Assembly: GCA_043228905.1 (NCBI GenBank)
Contig: JBHGNT010000013.1
Span: forward strand, 21,142,001 to 21,206,000
DNA length: 64,000 nt
From: Azolla caroliniana
Lineage: Eukaryota > Plantae > Polypodiophyta
Reading direction: 5' to 3'
Below the pieces are notes generated by a model. That model was not told the DNA's origin, made no database searches, and saw only the letters and a program-made list of their open reading frames with translations. Each line of letters begins with the position of its first letter. Position 1 is the stretch's first letter. Positions 51,821 to 64,000 of the stretch are shown here, piece by piece. Position numbers and translations under genes: made by a program.

Positions 51821-53970
51821 TGTTGAAAATGTAAGGATTATAACTTCTAAGGACAGAGATGAAGACATAAGAGATTACAAACTAGATATTGGAATTAACA
51901 TATAAACTTCTACATATTTTCTTTGATGAACTCACACTCAAATATGTGGTACTGTAGTGACTTAAATACATCTAAAATGTGACTATTGTAGTTGTAATAG
52001 TCACTCCTATTTTTAGATAATTCTACCTAACTAGTTAGTTTCTATTTAAAATTAGAGTTCTTTTCGACAACCCCCTTAACTCTAATTCCTATAGGTTACT
52101 GAGAGAGACTTAGCCCAATATTTTTGCAATAGTTCCAATGTTTAATACTTGGAATTGGCTTCGTTAAGAAATCAACCCATTTTTTTGGAAAAAAAGAAGA
52201 AGAAATCGGCCCACATGTCTTGAGTAGAGGTATAGTTGATGTCGAGGGTATGTTCTTCGACAAGTTCTGTTATAAAGTGGTATCGGGCCCGAATATGTTT
52301 ATTTTGGTCGGTGATTTTTCGGTTCTTGGTGATCTTGACACATGACTGATTGTCACACTATAACCTAAAAATTTGGAAATTTGTAAAATATCTAATTCTT
52401 GGATTATCGATTGAAGCCAAAGACCTTCTTTAGCTATAAGTGTGGCTGCGATATATTCAGCTTCAGTAGAGAAGAGGGAGACAATGGCTTGCTTTTTCGT
52501 ACGCCATGCAATCGCTCATCCTGCAAAAGTAAACAAAAAACCTGATGTGGAGCGAGAAGAATCAACATCTCCTCCCCAATTTGCATCAGTCCATCCTTGT
52601 AGTGGTGTTGTGTTGACAACCATGCTTGTATTTTGGAGTTGTCTACCCCAAAGTATGCCTTATAAGTGAGTACCGTATTTCGAGTGTACTTTAAGTACCG
52701 TAGTACTCGTTTGAGTGCAACCCAATGATTAAGACCTATTTTTTCCATCAATCTTGAGAGAAAACCAGTTGAAAATGACTAATATGATCTTGTGCAACTC
52801 ACCAATTACCGGAGGCTCCCTAATATTTGGAGATAGGGAATATTCTTCATAACACATGGTACGATGAATGGTGAGGATATCGGAGAGCATTCAACCATAC
52901 TGAATTTATTCAAGATGTTGTCCAGATACTTTGCTTGTGCAAGTGATAGTATCCCTAGGCTCTGATTCCTCTATACATGAATTCCAAGAAAATGCTCCCA
53001 TAGCTCAAGATGTTTGACCGGAAAATGATGTTGTAGCTCCCTGATCACCTCTAGAATCTCTTTTTCAAAAGTTCCTGCTATGGGCAAGTCATCCACATAA
53101 ACTCCTAATATGATGAATTCTGATTTTGTCTTCCGTGCATATAGGTTTGGTTCAGAGTAAAGCCGTGTGAAGTTGGCATTGAGCAAGAACTTATGTAGCT
53201 TGGCATGCCATTTTCTTGGAGATTGTTTTACTCCATAAAGTGGCTTGTGTAGCTTGCATACATAGTCAAGATACTTGTCATTTTCCATCATTTTGGGTTG
53301 TTCCATGTAGATAGTTTCTTCTAAATCTCCATGAAGAAATGTTGTTTCGATATCTACATGATGCACTTCCAAATTGAGGTATGCTAATATTGCAAGCAAA
53401 GGACGAAGGGATGTTATTCTCAATGTAGGTGAGAAAGTCTCATGATAGTCGATGACGGGAATCTGTGAAAAGCCTCGAGCTACCAATCAAGCTGTGAATA
53501 AGATTGGAGTCCCATGAGCATCACACTTCTTGGTAAAAAGTCATTTGCAACTGACAATGTTGGAGTTGGGTGGCCGAGGGACAAGAGTCCATGTTTTGTT
53601 TTTAGTAAGAGCAGCTGCCTCCATATGCATAGCATCTATCCAAGTTTCTTTTTCTGTGCTCCAGAGCACTTGTGTAAGATTAATGATCGGTGCAAGATCC
53701 CCTCCTTCATCTTTCATGTCTACTATAAATGCCGATATGTCAGATTTGACTTCAACAATGAAGTGCTTTGAGAGGTCTTCTATGATGTTATAGATGTCAC
53801 TTAACAGTTTTACCTTTTTCTTGCCCCCTTTTTTATTGTTTTCTAACGCCTCATCTTTGTTACAATGTTCATCATCTGAATCTTCGTCTTCTAATATGAT
53901 GTAGTTTTGGATTGTTGAGTTACTAAATATACCATTTGCTCCATTGATTGTATCAGGTTTGCCTCCCAAT
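51821..53970 (-). mobile_element. Degenerate Copia 3' half (RT, RNase H, PPT, 3' LTR 51821-52069)
   Basis: ARGFSQ...HGDLEETIYMEQP...YVDD; TGTTGAAAA...TTTTCGACA LTR followed by acccccttaac (reverse PPT). Confidence 0.8.
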
Positions 53971-53974
53971 GCGA

Positions 53975-55706
53975 AGATATATAATTATCTCTTTTGCATG
54001 AGCATGAGCATGTGGATGTGCCATCTTAATAATCCATAGCTATCTCCTTCTTGCTTTTATTTAATGTGAGAAGCTCATAATGCATGCAATGGTAGCCTAC
54101 CTTCTTTTTTTCCCTTTCATTGTTTTAATGCGAAAGCTAATTGTTTTGCTCAGCCTTGTCTCGCCTTCTTCTTCATGTGAACTTAGACATTCCTCCACAG
54201 ATGATTGATGATGATGATCCACCATAATATAACCTACTTTATATATTATATATACTGTGACACAAGAAAGACACCATCTGTACCTAATACCTTGGCACTC
54301 TAATATCTCCCATAACATTACCAATAATCATCAAAATACATGCACATGTGTGTTTTTGTGTCCCCCCTTATCAAAGGCTCCAAGGGATCAAGAACAAAAG
54401 CACAATGTTTTTTTTGTAAATTCAATTTGTGGCATTTTGTCCAAAGGGATGGAATAATATATTTTCTTTTCCAATTAACATGTGTCAAATGTATAATAGC
54501 TCGACAGTCTCCAATGCAGCTTCCCAAATTTTTTGTTTTGTATTCATGCAATCTGACTGTAACTCCCTCCTATTAAGTCCACTAATGAATGCTGATATGG
54601 ATACGGATATAGGAACTAAGTCGATGATTAAAATCTCAAAGTACATAATTTTGTCTAGGGTTACATTGGTTAGGCTTCCTCTCTCCAAGATTCGTCCCAA
54701 GAGATTGAAGACTACCTAGCCAAAACAACTTGCCCCAAATCTGCTTTTGCACAAACCACTCAAACATGCCAAATCTTGAGAAAATGTGGAGCGTAGAATA
54801 CAAAAGAAGAATTGTTCATTTCTGCTTGCTTGCCACAAACCCCACGTGAATGTTTCAACAAGTCAAGTCTCTGTTCACACACAAGAAGGCACATCTAGGA
54901 CGTCCATATACATAAGCAACCCATGTATTTTAGTCTTTATATATCTATACATGACGTATGTATGCGTGTATCAATAAAGGTATCGTTTGCAACGTTAGAG
55001 AGTCGTCTGATCTGGTAGTGAAAGAAAATATGGGTGCCTTCAATTTGAAAGACCACTAAAAACCAATCCTCGTCTAACTACATCTCATGTATGCATTCTG
55101 TGTGTGTACACGCAACAATTATCTACATACGTAGGTGGATACCATGTAAATGAGAAAGCTCATTTTTTTTATTCAATTTTAAACTCCGACCCATTAATTT
55201 CCTTCTTATTACCAATGGTGTGTTGGTATAAAAGATGTTGTGTCAATGGAAGTATGGCAATCATGTGAGCGCACACAAATTTCTTTATTTGTTTGCATTA
55301 ACTTCTATTCTTTATGTTCAAAAGAATAAATCGTAACTACACCCATGAATCATGATCAAAAGAATAGTCACACACGTCATTGTCTATGTATCAAAATTTT
55401 GGAGTTTGTGAGATTAGACTCTCTCTTGGTTGATCTTTACATTAACGTGTCCATCATCTTGTTTTATTTATTTTATTTGCGAAGACTTTAGATGTCAAAT
55501 GAAGTGGTTGTTAGGTTGATATCAATGGAAATTTTTTCACAATATCGTAATGTAGATAGAGTCTTCGTAAACAAGATGGAACAAGATATAAACCTTTGCA
55601 ATCCATGTTATTCTTTGTTATGTGGTACGCCGCACTATTTTTATATCATATTGTCTCATGGTTTATGATCATGTTGTTGTAATATTATTTGGGCACATGA
55701 TATATG
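53975..55706 (+). pseudogene. 3' fragment (copy D) of the double-8Cys gene: intron 2 end, collapsed exon 3 (54154-54180) and downstream flank
   Basis: ttgttttgctcag|ccttgtctcgccttcttcttcatgtga fuses the start and end of exon 3; the downstream ~1.5 kb parallels 48380-49690. Confidence 0.8.
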
Positions 55707-58509
55707 TGTTGGGAATTCGGTCCCTCCAGATGAGAACCGGACGAGCCGATGAAAGGAACTGGATCGGATGGGATCTAGAAGATATTCGGAAACCGGATCG
55801 GATGGATCCGGTTTGGTATCCGACCGGACATTAGTTTATGTATATGTTCTGATGTGACTATTTCAAGTCATATTTTTAAATAGTCCTAAAGTTATATAAG
55901 TATAAATATAACTAGTGCAACAATGCTCAATATGTTGTATAAAGAGAGATGGAGAGGGGAGAGAGAGATACAGAAAGATTTTCTGTTGTAACCGTCGGTA
56001 GGTGAAGATAGAGCTCGAGGTCCTTGCCTCTAAGTCACCCATTGTACCCTTCCTCTCATAATGATAGTTGGAGTCTGTGGGCTCTCATGGGTTTTCCCGA
56101 TTAGGGTTTTCCACGTAAATATTCGGTATCGTTTCCGTGTTTGTGAAAGGAGTCTATGGGCTCCCGTGGTTTTTCCCAATTAGGGTTTTCCATGTAAACA
56201 TTCGGTATCATGTCTGTTGTCTTAGAATAACCGGGACAAATCGGGGACGAGGTCGAAGTCAAGAGGGAGGCCCACTTGCTTTTATTGTAGAAAGTTGGGG
56301 CACTTCCAGAAGAATTGTCGACACTTCCAAAAGGAGAAAGGAACCGACAATGTTGACTCAAAGAAGGGTCAGGATTGGAAAGAAATGACGGCAATCGCAA
56401 CAAGTGAGGAAGAACTGTTGTTAATCACCGAGAAGAGTGAGTTGCACATTGTTAGCAACAAGATGATGTGGGTGGACGACCCCGGAGCATTGTTCCATTT
56501 GACCCCTGACCGGAAATGCTTCTCATCCTACAGAGCCGGAGATCATGGTTGTGTCCGAATGGGGAATGAAGGTGCATGGCGAATTGTCGGCATCAGAGAC
56601 GTTTTGCTGACGACATCAACTGGGTGCAAGTTGTTGCTGAAAAATGTTTGACACGTTCAAGAGGTTCGGTTGAACCTAATATCAGCCGGTTGGTTGGATG
56701 ATGAAGGCTACTGGGGTAGCATCTAGAACAGAGTCATGAAGTTCAGTAAAGAAAGCATGATCATGGCCCACACCCGGAAAATCAACACATTGTAACTTAT
56801 GTGTGCCCGAATATGCCGGGAAGAAGTGAACATAGTATCTGACACTGTTGATGAGTTGTGGCACAAGAGGTTGTGCCACATGAGCTAGAAAGGGGTGAGA
56901 AGATTTGCCGAAGATAACCTCATTCCAGAGGTGAAAGATGTGCAACTTGAGAAATGCGCCGATTGCTTGGCCGACAAGCAGAACCGAACCTCTTTCCGGT
57001 CGAGACCACCGTCAAGACGGAATGCACTGCTCGAACTTGTGCATACTGATGTATGCCAAGTGGACACGAAGTCACATGCCAGATCGCAGTACTTCGTGAC
57101 ATTCATATAGGACCACAACCGGAAGTTGTGGGTCTCACCGCTAAAGACGAAGGACCAAGTATTATCCGTCTTCAAGGAATTCCATGTGAGAGTGGAAAGA
57201 GAAACCGGCCAGAAGCTCAAGGCAGTTCTAGGAGGAGAATACCGACGGTAGTTCGAGGAGTATTGTCGGTTGATGGGAATCCGGCTCGAATTCACTGTGC
57301 CAAAGACACCGGAGCTCAACGGATTGGCCGAAAGGATGAACCTGATTGTGATGGAGAGAGTATGGAGCATGCTTGCAAATGCTAGGTTGTCCAAGACGTT
57401 TTGGGTTGAGGCGTTGATAACGATGACCTATGTGATAAACAGATCACCCTCAACGCCCTTGGACGGAGACACCACAGAGAGTATGTACCGATAAAGATAT
57501 GTCTTACTAGCATCTGAAGTTGTTCGACTGTCTCGCCTACGTGCATGTTGCAAAGGACAAGAGAGTGAAATTGGATCTGAAGTTCCGGTCATTCATATTC
57601 CTTGGATACGGCGATGATGAGTTTAGTTACCAAGTCTAGGACTTGGTCAACAAGAAGGTTTTTCGGACTCGAGACATAGTCTTCATGGAAGACAAGACTA
57701 TTGTCGATTGGGATTCGGAGAAGAAGACACGGGACTTCGGGTCGACCGACAGAGATCGTTCGAAAGACACAAGGAACCATTTGGCCGGAAGCTGAATGAC
57801 ACTCAAAGAACTGGCCGGAGTCAGAAAGAAAACCGAACCAACCGAAGAAGAAGAATCGGACACCGGAACCGAACGAGACCCCGATAGTCAAGATGACTTC
57901 CATCCGGATGGTGCTGAGCATAACGGCGAGCATGAACCTCGAGGTTGAACAACTCGATGTTAAGACGACGTTCCTTCACAGGGACCTTGAGGAGGAGATT
58001 TACATGCAACAACCAGAGGGATTTGTCAAGAAAGGGAAGGAGCATTTGGTGTGCCGATTGAAGAAGAGCTTGTACGGACTAAAGCAAGCTCCCCGGCAAA
58101 GGTACCGGAAGTTCGACTTCTTCATGACCGACCAAGGATACCACGTCGATGCAGGGTGACCATTGTGTATTTGTGAAAAAGTTCGATGAAGGAGACTTCC
58201 TGATACTGTTGTTGTACGTGGACAATATGTTAATCGTCAGACGAGACCATATCAAAATCGGAATGCCGAAGAAGGCCATGAGTCGGTTCTTCTCAATGAA
58301 AGATATGGGCCTGGCAAAGCAGATATTGGGGATGCACATAGTCCGAGACTGGACGAAGAAGCAGTTGTGGTTGTCACAGGAGAAGTACGTGACAAAGGTG
58401 CTTCAACGGTTCAACATGACGGATGCGAAGACAGTCAAGTCTACACTTCCGGCAAACTGCAAGTTGTCCGGGAAGCAAAGTTTGAAGACAAAGACAAAGA
58501 AGTCGGAGA
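55707..58509 (+). mobile_element. Older deleted relative of the intact Copia at 7538
   Basis: LTR start TGTTGGGAATTCGGTCCCTCC; collinear pol fragments with stops; PBS and most of gag deleted, a second deletion at ~57880, truncated in RT. Confidence 0.9.
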
Positions 58510-59554
58510 ACACGTTCGTGTTCACAAGTGGAAGGATTGCGCATTCCACTTGTAGAATCTTCTTAAAACGAAGCAAATACACCCTCGCTACAAAAATTGG
58601 ATGCACTAGTATCACATGTTCCTCAACTTGATGAGAATTTGCAAATATAAAAATACATGATAGGTCTACGAGTGGAGTTCATTAGAAATCATGCAAGTTT
58701 AGATGCGTTGATAAGTTAATGTAGGCCTAATAAAGTTCAACAATGGCTCAATATGTCACTACTGTGTGACAAGGGAAACACTAACTTAAAGACTTATATT
58801 AATTAGGTAAGTTTTACAAAAATATCAGGTGTACTTGTATCCATACTAATAAAATGAGTTATAATTTATACTTTGACCCATACGTGCATGTATATAATTG
58901 TGGAAAATGTAGGATAGTGCACATTAGGATAAGTGATTGGAATAACTAACTTATTAAAGTATTCAATACTTGTATTTAAAGTTGATCTTATCTATTCCTC
59001 AGTTTGTTCATATGGGATCAAACCATATGTATGTAATTGTGGACAATGTAAGGCAGTGAACTTTAGGATAATGTTGTGGAAATAACAAACCTATTAGGCT
59101 TTCATACCTGTATTTAAAATTGATCTACTCTATTGCTTAGGTGATTCACACTGGATCAAACTACGAACGATAATGCAACTGGAACCATTATCAACACACT
59201 ACACAATCTAAGCAGCAATGGAATAGAAACACAATAGTTTTAACAATAGAAGACAAAGATCCATAATAACAATATGGACAATCATGGCAACAATTGTAGG
59301 GCCATGTTCTGTTAAGGTTAGCTTGGACCAAAATCAGCCTCAATTTAAACTAATTCATGTTTCTCCATAAATTTGGTAGTCAGCTATGCACGCGGTGAAA
59401 CCAATGTCATAAATCTACTAACCAAGTATATAAAAATAAAATTGAAACATATAGAAGATTATAAAGAATAGAATCCACTAGGTAAACCCCAAAATTTGTA
59501 TTAATAATGTGAAATCCTAACAAATCGTCAGTGTCATTTTCTTCATAGAGTCTA

Positions 59555-62500
59555 TTACATAGCAATCAATTCATCAACGTCATTTTCTTCATCATCTTGT
59601 GTAGAACTCTCTTCGGCTATACATGCATTGGCTTCCCCAGTTAGCCGAGCCAACGAAATATCTTCTATAAGCTCATCATCAAGCTCTATTAGCTCCCCCG
59701 GTTCGCCGGCTAATGGAGGAATAGGCTCTCGCGAAGCAGGTTGAAACCTTTCTGTATTAGCGAGGTTCTTTGCACTGACCTCCTCATCCTGGTCTGGGCA
59801 CTCCCACAAAGCCTTAATCCGCATATTAATAAATATAACCTGGTCCTCGTCCTTCTCCAATGCAACTGTATTTTTAAAGAGCTTCAATGCACATGCAGAC
59901 ATTGTTCCTGTGATGTAAGTAACAAGAAGATTTAGTTGTCAAACAAAAAAGATTCGGGATTGGTTATCTCAAGATCGTTACCCTAGTTCGAGGAATACCT
60001 GTGTCAGAAAAGAGATCTAATATCCAGTCTCCTTCGATAGAAAACATCTCGATCAAGCACATAATAAGTCGCTGAGGTTTTTGATATGGGTTGACAAGTC
60101 CCCGTTCTATCGTGGTGACATGTCGCAATTTTCGTGTCACTGCTGGATATACCAACAGATTTGAACCTCCCACTTCATTAGAATGCTCATTGATTCTCTG
60201 TTTCTTAATTTCATCGAAGTAGCCAACCGTGATTTATTCAATGGCATTAACGAACCGAAAAGTTGGCCCTCTATTTACAGTGGTCTTGATCCTATAAAAA
60301 ATAATACATTTGAGTTAAGAATAGATTGAACAACCTTAAGAAATGCAATATAGTGAAAGACGCCTATAAATAATCCTTACCACGCAAGGTTCTCGATGCC
60401 ATGGCAATGAGATCTCAAAGCTTGAGCTACCGAGTATCCTTGGTCGATACTATGAAAGACAACTATTCGCCACAAGGATGCAGTCGTTAGCTCAGCGAAA
60501 TCCTTGACCATATTCTCCAATTGTTTAAACCTAAACGGTTCATCATCATATGATGACCCAGCCATTTGAACTCCGTAAAGAATATCTGCAATCATTAGCG
60601 TATATTTCTTCTTTGGCACCTTTTGGATCAAGTCGACGACATCACCGCAAACCACATTGTAGTAAAGATCTCTCGTAATATCTTTTTTGTGGCTAAATTT
60701 TTTAAAGGAGCCATCTTCCTCCATTTCATACGCCTTGACTAAGCGACGATCCTTTTCTTTTCTAGCTCGCTCGAGATGTGCAAGGAAGGATGTAGGGAAA
60801 TCGTGTATATCCTTAACTTCTCCTTGTTTCTTGCCTTGACACAGTTTCTAATAGAAGCAATATGACATTAGGTATTATTATACAAGCTCTACATATAATG
60901 AAAGGGTAATGAAAAACCATCAATACTAACCCAATCCTTGAATGCAATAAAATACTCTAATAACGCCTTATATGAAGACGTTAGAGGATAATCCTCGGTC
61001 ACTTGTTCCCAAGTTATACATCCAAGTTGTTTCATCATAACTTCTTGGATCTTCATGTACACCTTATGATTGTATAATTAGAAATCAAGATTAGAACTTT
61101 GAATTACACCATATAGACTACAATTTCAGTATTTGAAAGACTTACTTATTGAACTCAGTGACCATTTCTTCAAGGCTTAAATCTTTCGCCACAACTCTTC
61201 ACAAAACAGACACAAGAAGCTGCTCGTCCTTAATACCTTGCATCGCTCTCCACAGAGACAGCTTCATGTCGTCTACGGCTTCTTCAATTGTCAAGTCAAT
61301 TTTCTTGGCGGCTTGTGACTTTAACTCTAGTTGAGGGTCAACCTTACATTTCTTTTGTCGTTGACCCTTTACCTCCTTATTCTCCCACATTGAGAAGATT
61401 TGATCTTGTAGGTCCCATACTTCTCCATCTCTAAACGCCAATTGAAACCAAGACTAATATTTTCGAAGACCATCAGACTTAACATTATCATCTACAACAA
61501 TGCCGACTTCATGCAGATATTGACGTCATAGGCCTAGATGTAACTTCACACCAAACTTTTGTTTTACGTCCAAATACTCGTGGTGGAAGAACCGTATACA
61601 CTCAATGGACGACATTTTCTGCCTATAGTCATTATCATTATTATGGTCCCATGCCAACAGCTTAGCCTCTTCGGTTGTGAGCCCAACATAAATTTTGCAC
61701 TCGGCATACTTGAAGAAGAAATTCGTTGGATGTTCTCTCACAAGTTGCCGATGTGCCTCCGCTGAATGCAATCCACCAATGACAAAGTAATTATATTGAT
61801 CATGCTTTCTAATATCAAAATCTTCAATGGTTTCACATTCTTCAGGATCTACCATAACAATAAAAGGCACCACAGTGGCATGAGGATTAATTTTCATTTT
61901 TTTCTTGAGATTTTGAACATGCATGCGGTGTGGCTCTCTAATCTCAAGTGGTCGTCGACCTGTTTTTTCATCAATAGGGGGCCGATGGATGTGTGTTATA
62001 GGCAAATTAAACACTTGCCCTTTCCTGACCAGTTTACGCTGCATTAACTCTCTCCTTATCTTATTCTGCTCGGATGACAAAACACCCGATGCTAGCTGAG
62101 CTCCTGGCGTCCCCTTATTGTCCTCCTCTTCGTTTTCACTTGTTGAATCGGTGTCCGACATTTTGGTTGTCTTCTTCTTTGGTGGTCTTGACTGGACTTT
62201 GGATACCCTTTTTATGGCCTTCAATGGGGAGGGCACTTCATCTTTTAGAGTTACATGGCCTTGTATATAAGGCCTCAAGGTAACAATAAGGTTTTGTGAG
62301 CTTTCAAGATCTTTTTTGAACGCTTCTAGCCCACAAGATTCCTTTACTAAAAGATCTTCTGAAAGGAACACTTTACGTACCCCCTTGGAGCACTCTATCA
62401 TTACCAGTATGTTGGCCGAATCTGCATCTTCGTAGTCAAATCGTAGAATACAACCATACATAAATGGGATTTCCTTTCCAATCTGCCCCTCCCCCTTCTT

Positions 62501-62783
62501 CTTTGCTGTATACAATACGACTTTTTTCTTTGAGTCGACATATTGCATACACCATTCCTTGTCCGTTAGATCACGGTCAGGAAGGTCTTCACCTCCAGTA
62601 GCGGCGACAAGTTTCTTTTGGCTAACGTCAATGTGTGGCTGAGATTTTGTCTCCTCGTTGAAGAGAAGCTTTTTTCCTCTCTTCATGGTCTCAGGAGCTA
62701 CCTTGGTCTGGGCTTCGATTGGAGAACCCTGTATGCGAAGCTTTATTTTCTTCACGGGTCGGTCCGACAGGTTCTCAAATGAC
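59555..62783 (-). pseudogene. Spliced ParB/Srx-like domain + beta-class N6A/N4C DNA methyltransferase fusion; exons 62783-61146, 61069-60931, 60847-60381, 60291-59999, 59907-59555 (5' exon not located)
   Basis: CGDVVDLI..., ADILYG (DPPY-like motif IV), WIK, NPYQKPQRLI, GDWILDLFSDTGT...ALEKD (motif I across a splice); upstream PFIVMVD...YFVIGGLHSAEA; four 76-91 nt phase-consistent introns; four in-frame stops. Confidence 0.75.
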
Positions 62784-63279
62784 CTATTTAAGAAAGTACA
62801 TGCAAAAACATAAGTTAGGTGGTCACGTAGATTAAGGTTGTATATTAAAATATAAATAAGAAGATGAAGAACAGTTCTCACTAGCAGGCGATTAGTGGTG
62901 AAGTGAAAATATCAATCATGCATTCAGAGTACATGGTAGTCCTATATTAAAAAATCTATTCTAGGCAGGGCTATTCAAACCAGAAAATATATATCGTAAT
63001 AAGTAAACAGGGTTATATATTCTTTTAAAGAGGAGGTATGACTTATATAAATTCCAGACCTATATTGAGGAGAATTTGCTAACATAAAGGTAATTTGTGG
63101 GTTATTTTCTACTCTTTTAAGCTATAGTAGGTCATAAAACACCTATAATTAGGGCATGTTTTTTTAAAAAGTAAGGCAAGTCAACATAAAAAAGACTGAT
63201 TTTGATAGACAATTTGATATCTTTTCCACACAATAATTAATTGTTGCCCCAAAAACACAATTTTTCTCTTTCAGGGCCT

Positions 63280-63522
63280 TCTTTTATACAGGAACTCGAT
63301 ACGTCGTATCGAGTTCCCGTTTAAAACTTAAACTTTAAACGGGAACTCGATACGGCGTCTCGAGTTCGTGTTTAAAGTTTAGGTTTAGACAGGAACTCGA
63401 TACGCCGTATCGAGTTCCCGTTTAAAGTTTAGGTTTTAAACACGAACTCGATACGACGTATCGAGTTCCTGTTTAAAAAGCAAAATAAAAAATATGAACT
63501 CGATACACCGTATCGAGTTCCT
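63280..63522. repeat. Array of five palindromes GAACTCGATAC-N3-GTATCGAGTTC, ~51-bp period
   Basis: Copies near 63291, 63342, 63392, 63444, 63496; copies 1-2 are the inverted mirror of copies 3-4. Confidence 0.93.
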
Positions 63523-63546
63523 GCACAAAGTTTGTATTGTATTCAG

Positions 63547-64000
63547 GAACTCGGAGAATGAAGGTAGTGCCAAGGAAACATTGAATAACATTGGCGATGG
63601 TCACAACAAAGAATTAGATTGTAACAAGGTTACACCAACCTCTATGCAGGAAGAGAAATCTGGGAGCCCTATGCATATTAGAAGAATCCCACAAAGAATT
63701 CGTCTGGCTAGATTTAGCTTGGTGACATCAGATAAACAGATTGGATTTGATGTCCAAAAAATATGTTGTGCCCGTGGTTGTATGTCTATGATTGGAAAAT
63801 CAAAGTTGCGAGAATTAAGGCGATACTATTTTTCGATGACTGGTGATGAGCAAGAAACTTACCTCGGGTCACATATGCAACTAGTATCTGACAAATGTAC
63901 GGGGATCAAAGTATCATTCGAGTATTATATATTCCATGCGCAATAGATATGTAGAGTTGCATTCAAAATTGTGTCATGTGTTAGTAACATGCGGCTACAT
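63547..64000 (+). pseudogene. Start of a transposase-like ORF running off the window
   Basis: Acceptor tattcag|G at 63546; CCARGC...LRRYYF...EQETYL...YYI...*ICRVAFKIVSCVS resembles, from memory, the Cys-containing N-terminus of DUF7869/Sola-like putative transposases; stop at 63944-63946. Confidence 0.45.

Noticed and set aside
58507-58525. Hairpin GAACACG-TT-CGTGTTC at the Copia truncation point as a Helitron or transposon terminus
   Set aside because: No CTRR end, CACTA motif, partner TIR or TSD visible; may be chance.
63280-63522. CRISPR-like palindromic repeats with spacers
   Set aside because: Spacers are similar to one another, units are mirror-arranged, there are no cas genes and the context is eukaryotic.

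Overview
Eukaryotic, plant-like DNA: GT-AG introns, nested LTR retrotransposons and many microsatellites. The retroelement mix suggests a non-seed plant, but that is inference. 1-32.7 kb is a nest of retroelements: rearranged Copia remnants; one intact young Tnt1-like Copia (7538-13145, TSD TAATA); and a chromodomain Gypsy (16758-32673, TSD CAACT) that carries a tRNA-Trp-primed Gypsy with a 4-bp TSD, a solo LTR and a hAT-type MITE. 33-56 kb holds a tandem array of a 3-exon gene for a secreted, probably GPI-anchored protein with two 8-Cys (nsLTP-fold) domains and SPn extensin-like linkers: two intact copies and one 3' fragment here, plus a 5' fragment at 13.2-13.7 kb. The right end (59.5-64 kb) is the most unusual part. 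It holds a spliced, pseudogenised gene fusing a ParB/Srx-like domain to a prokaryote-type beta-class N6A/N4C DNA methyltransferase, head-to-head with a transposase-like ORF, with an array of five palindromes between them. Also notable: a tRNA-like Pol III cassette conserved in divergent Gypsy LTRs, and a -1 frameshift signal with a possible pseudoknot. All alignments were done by eye; no searches were run.
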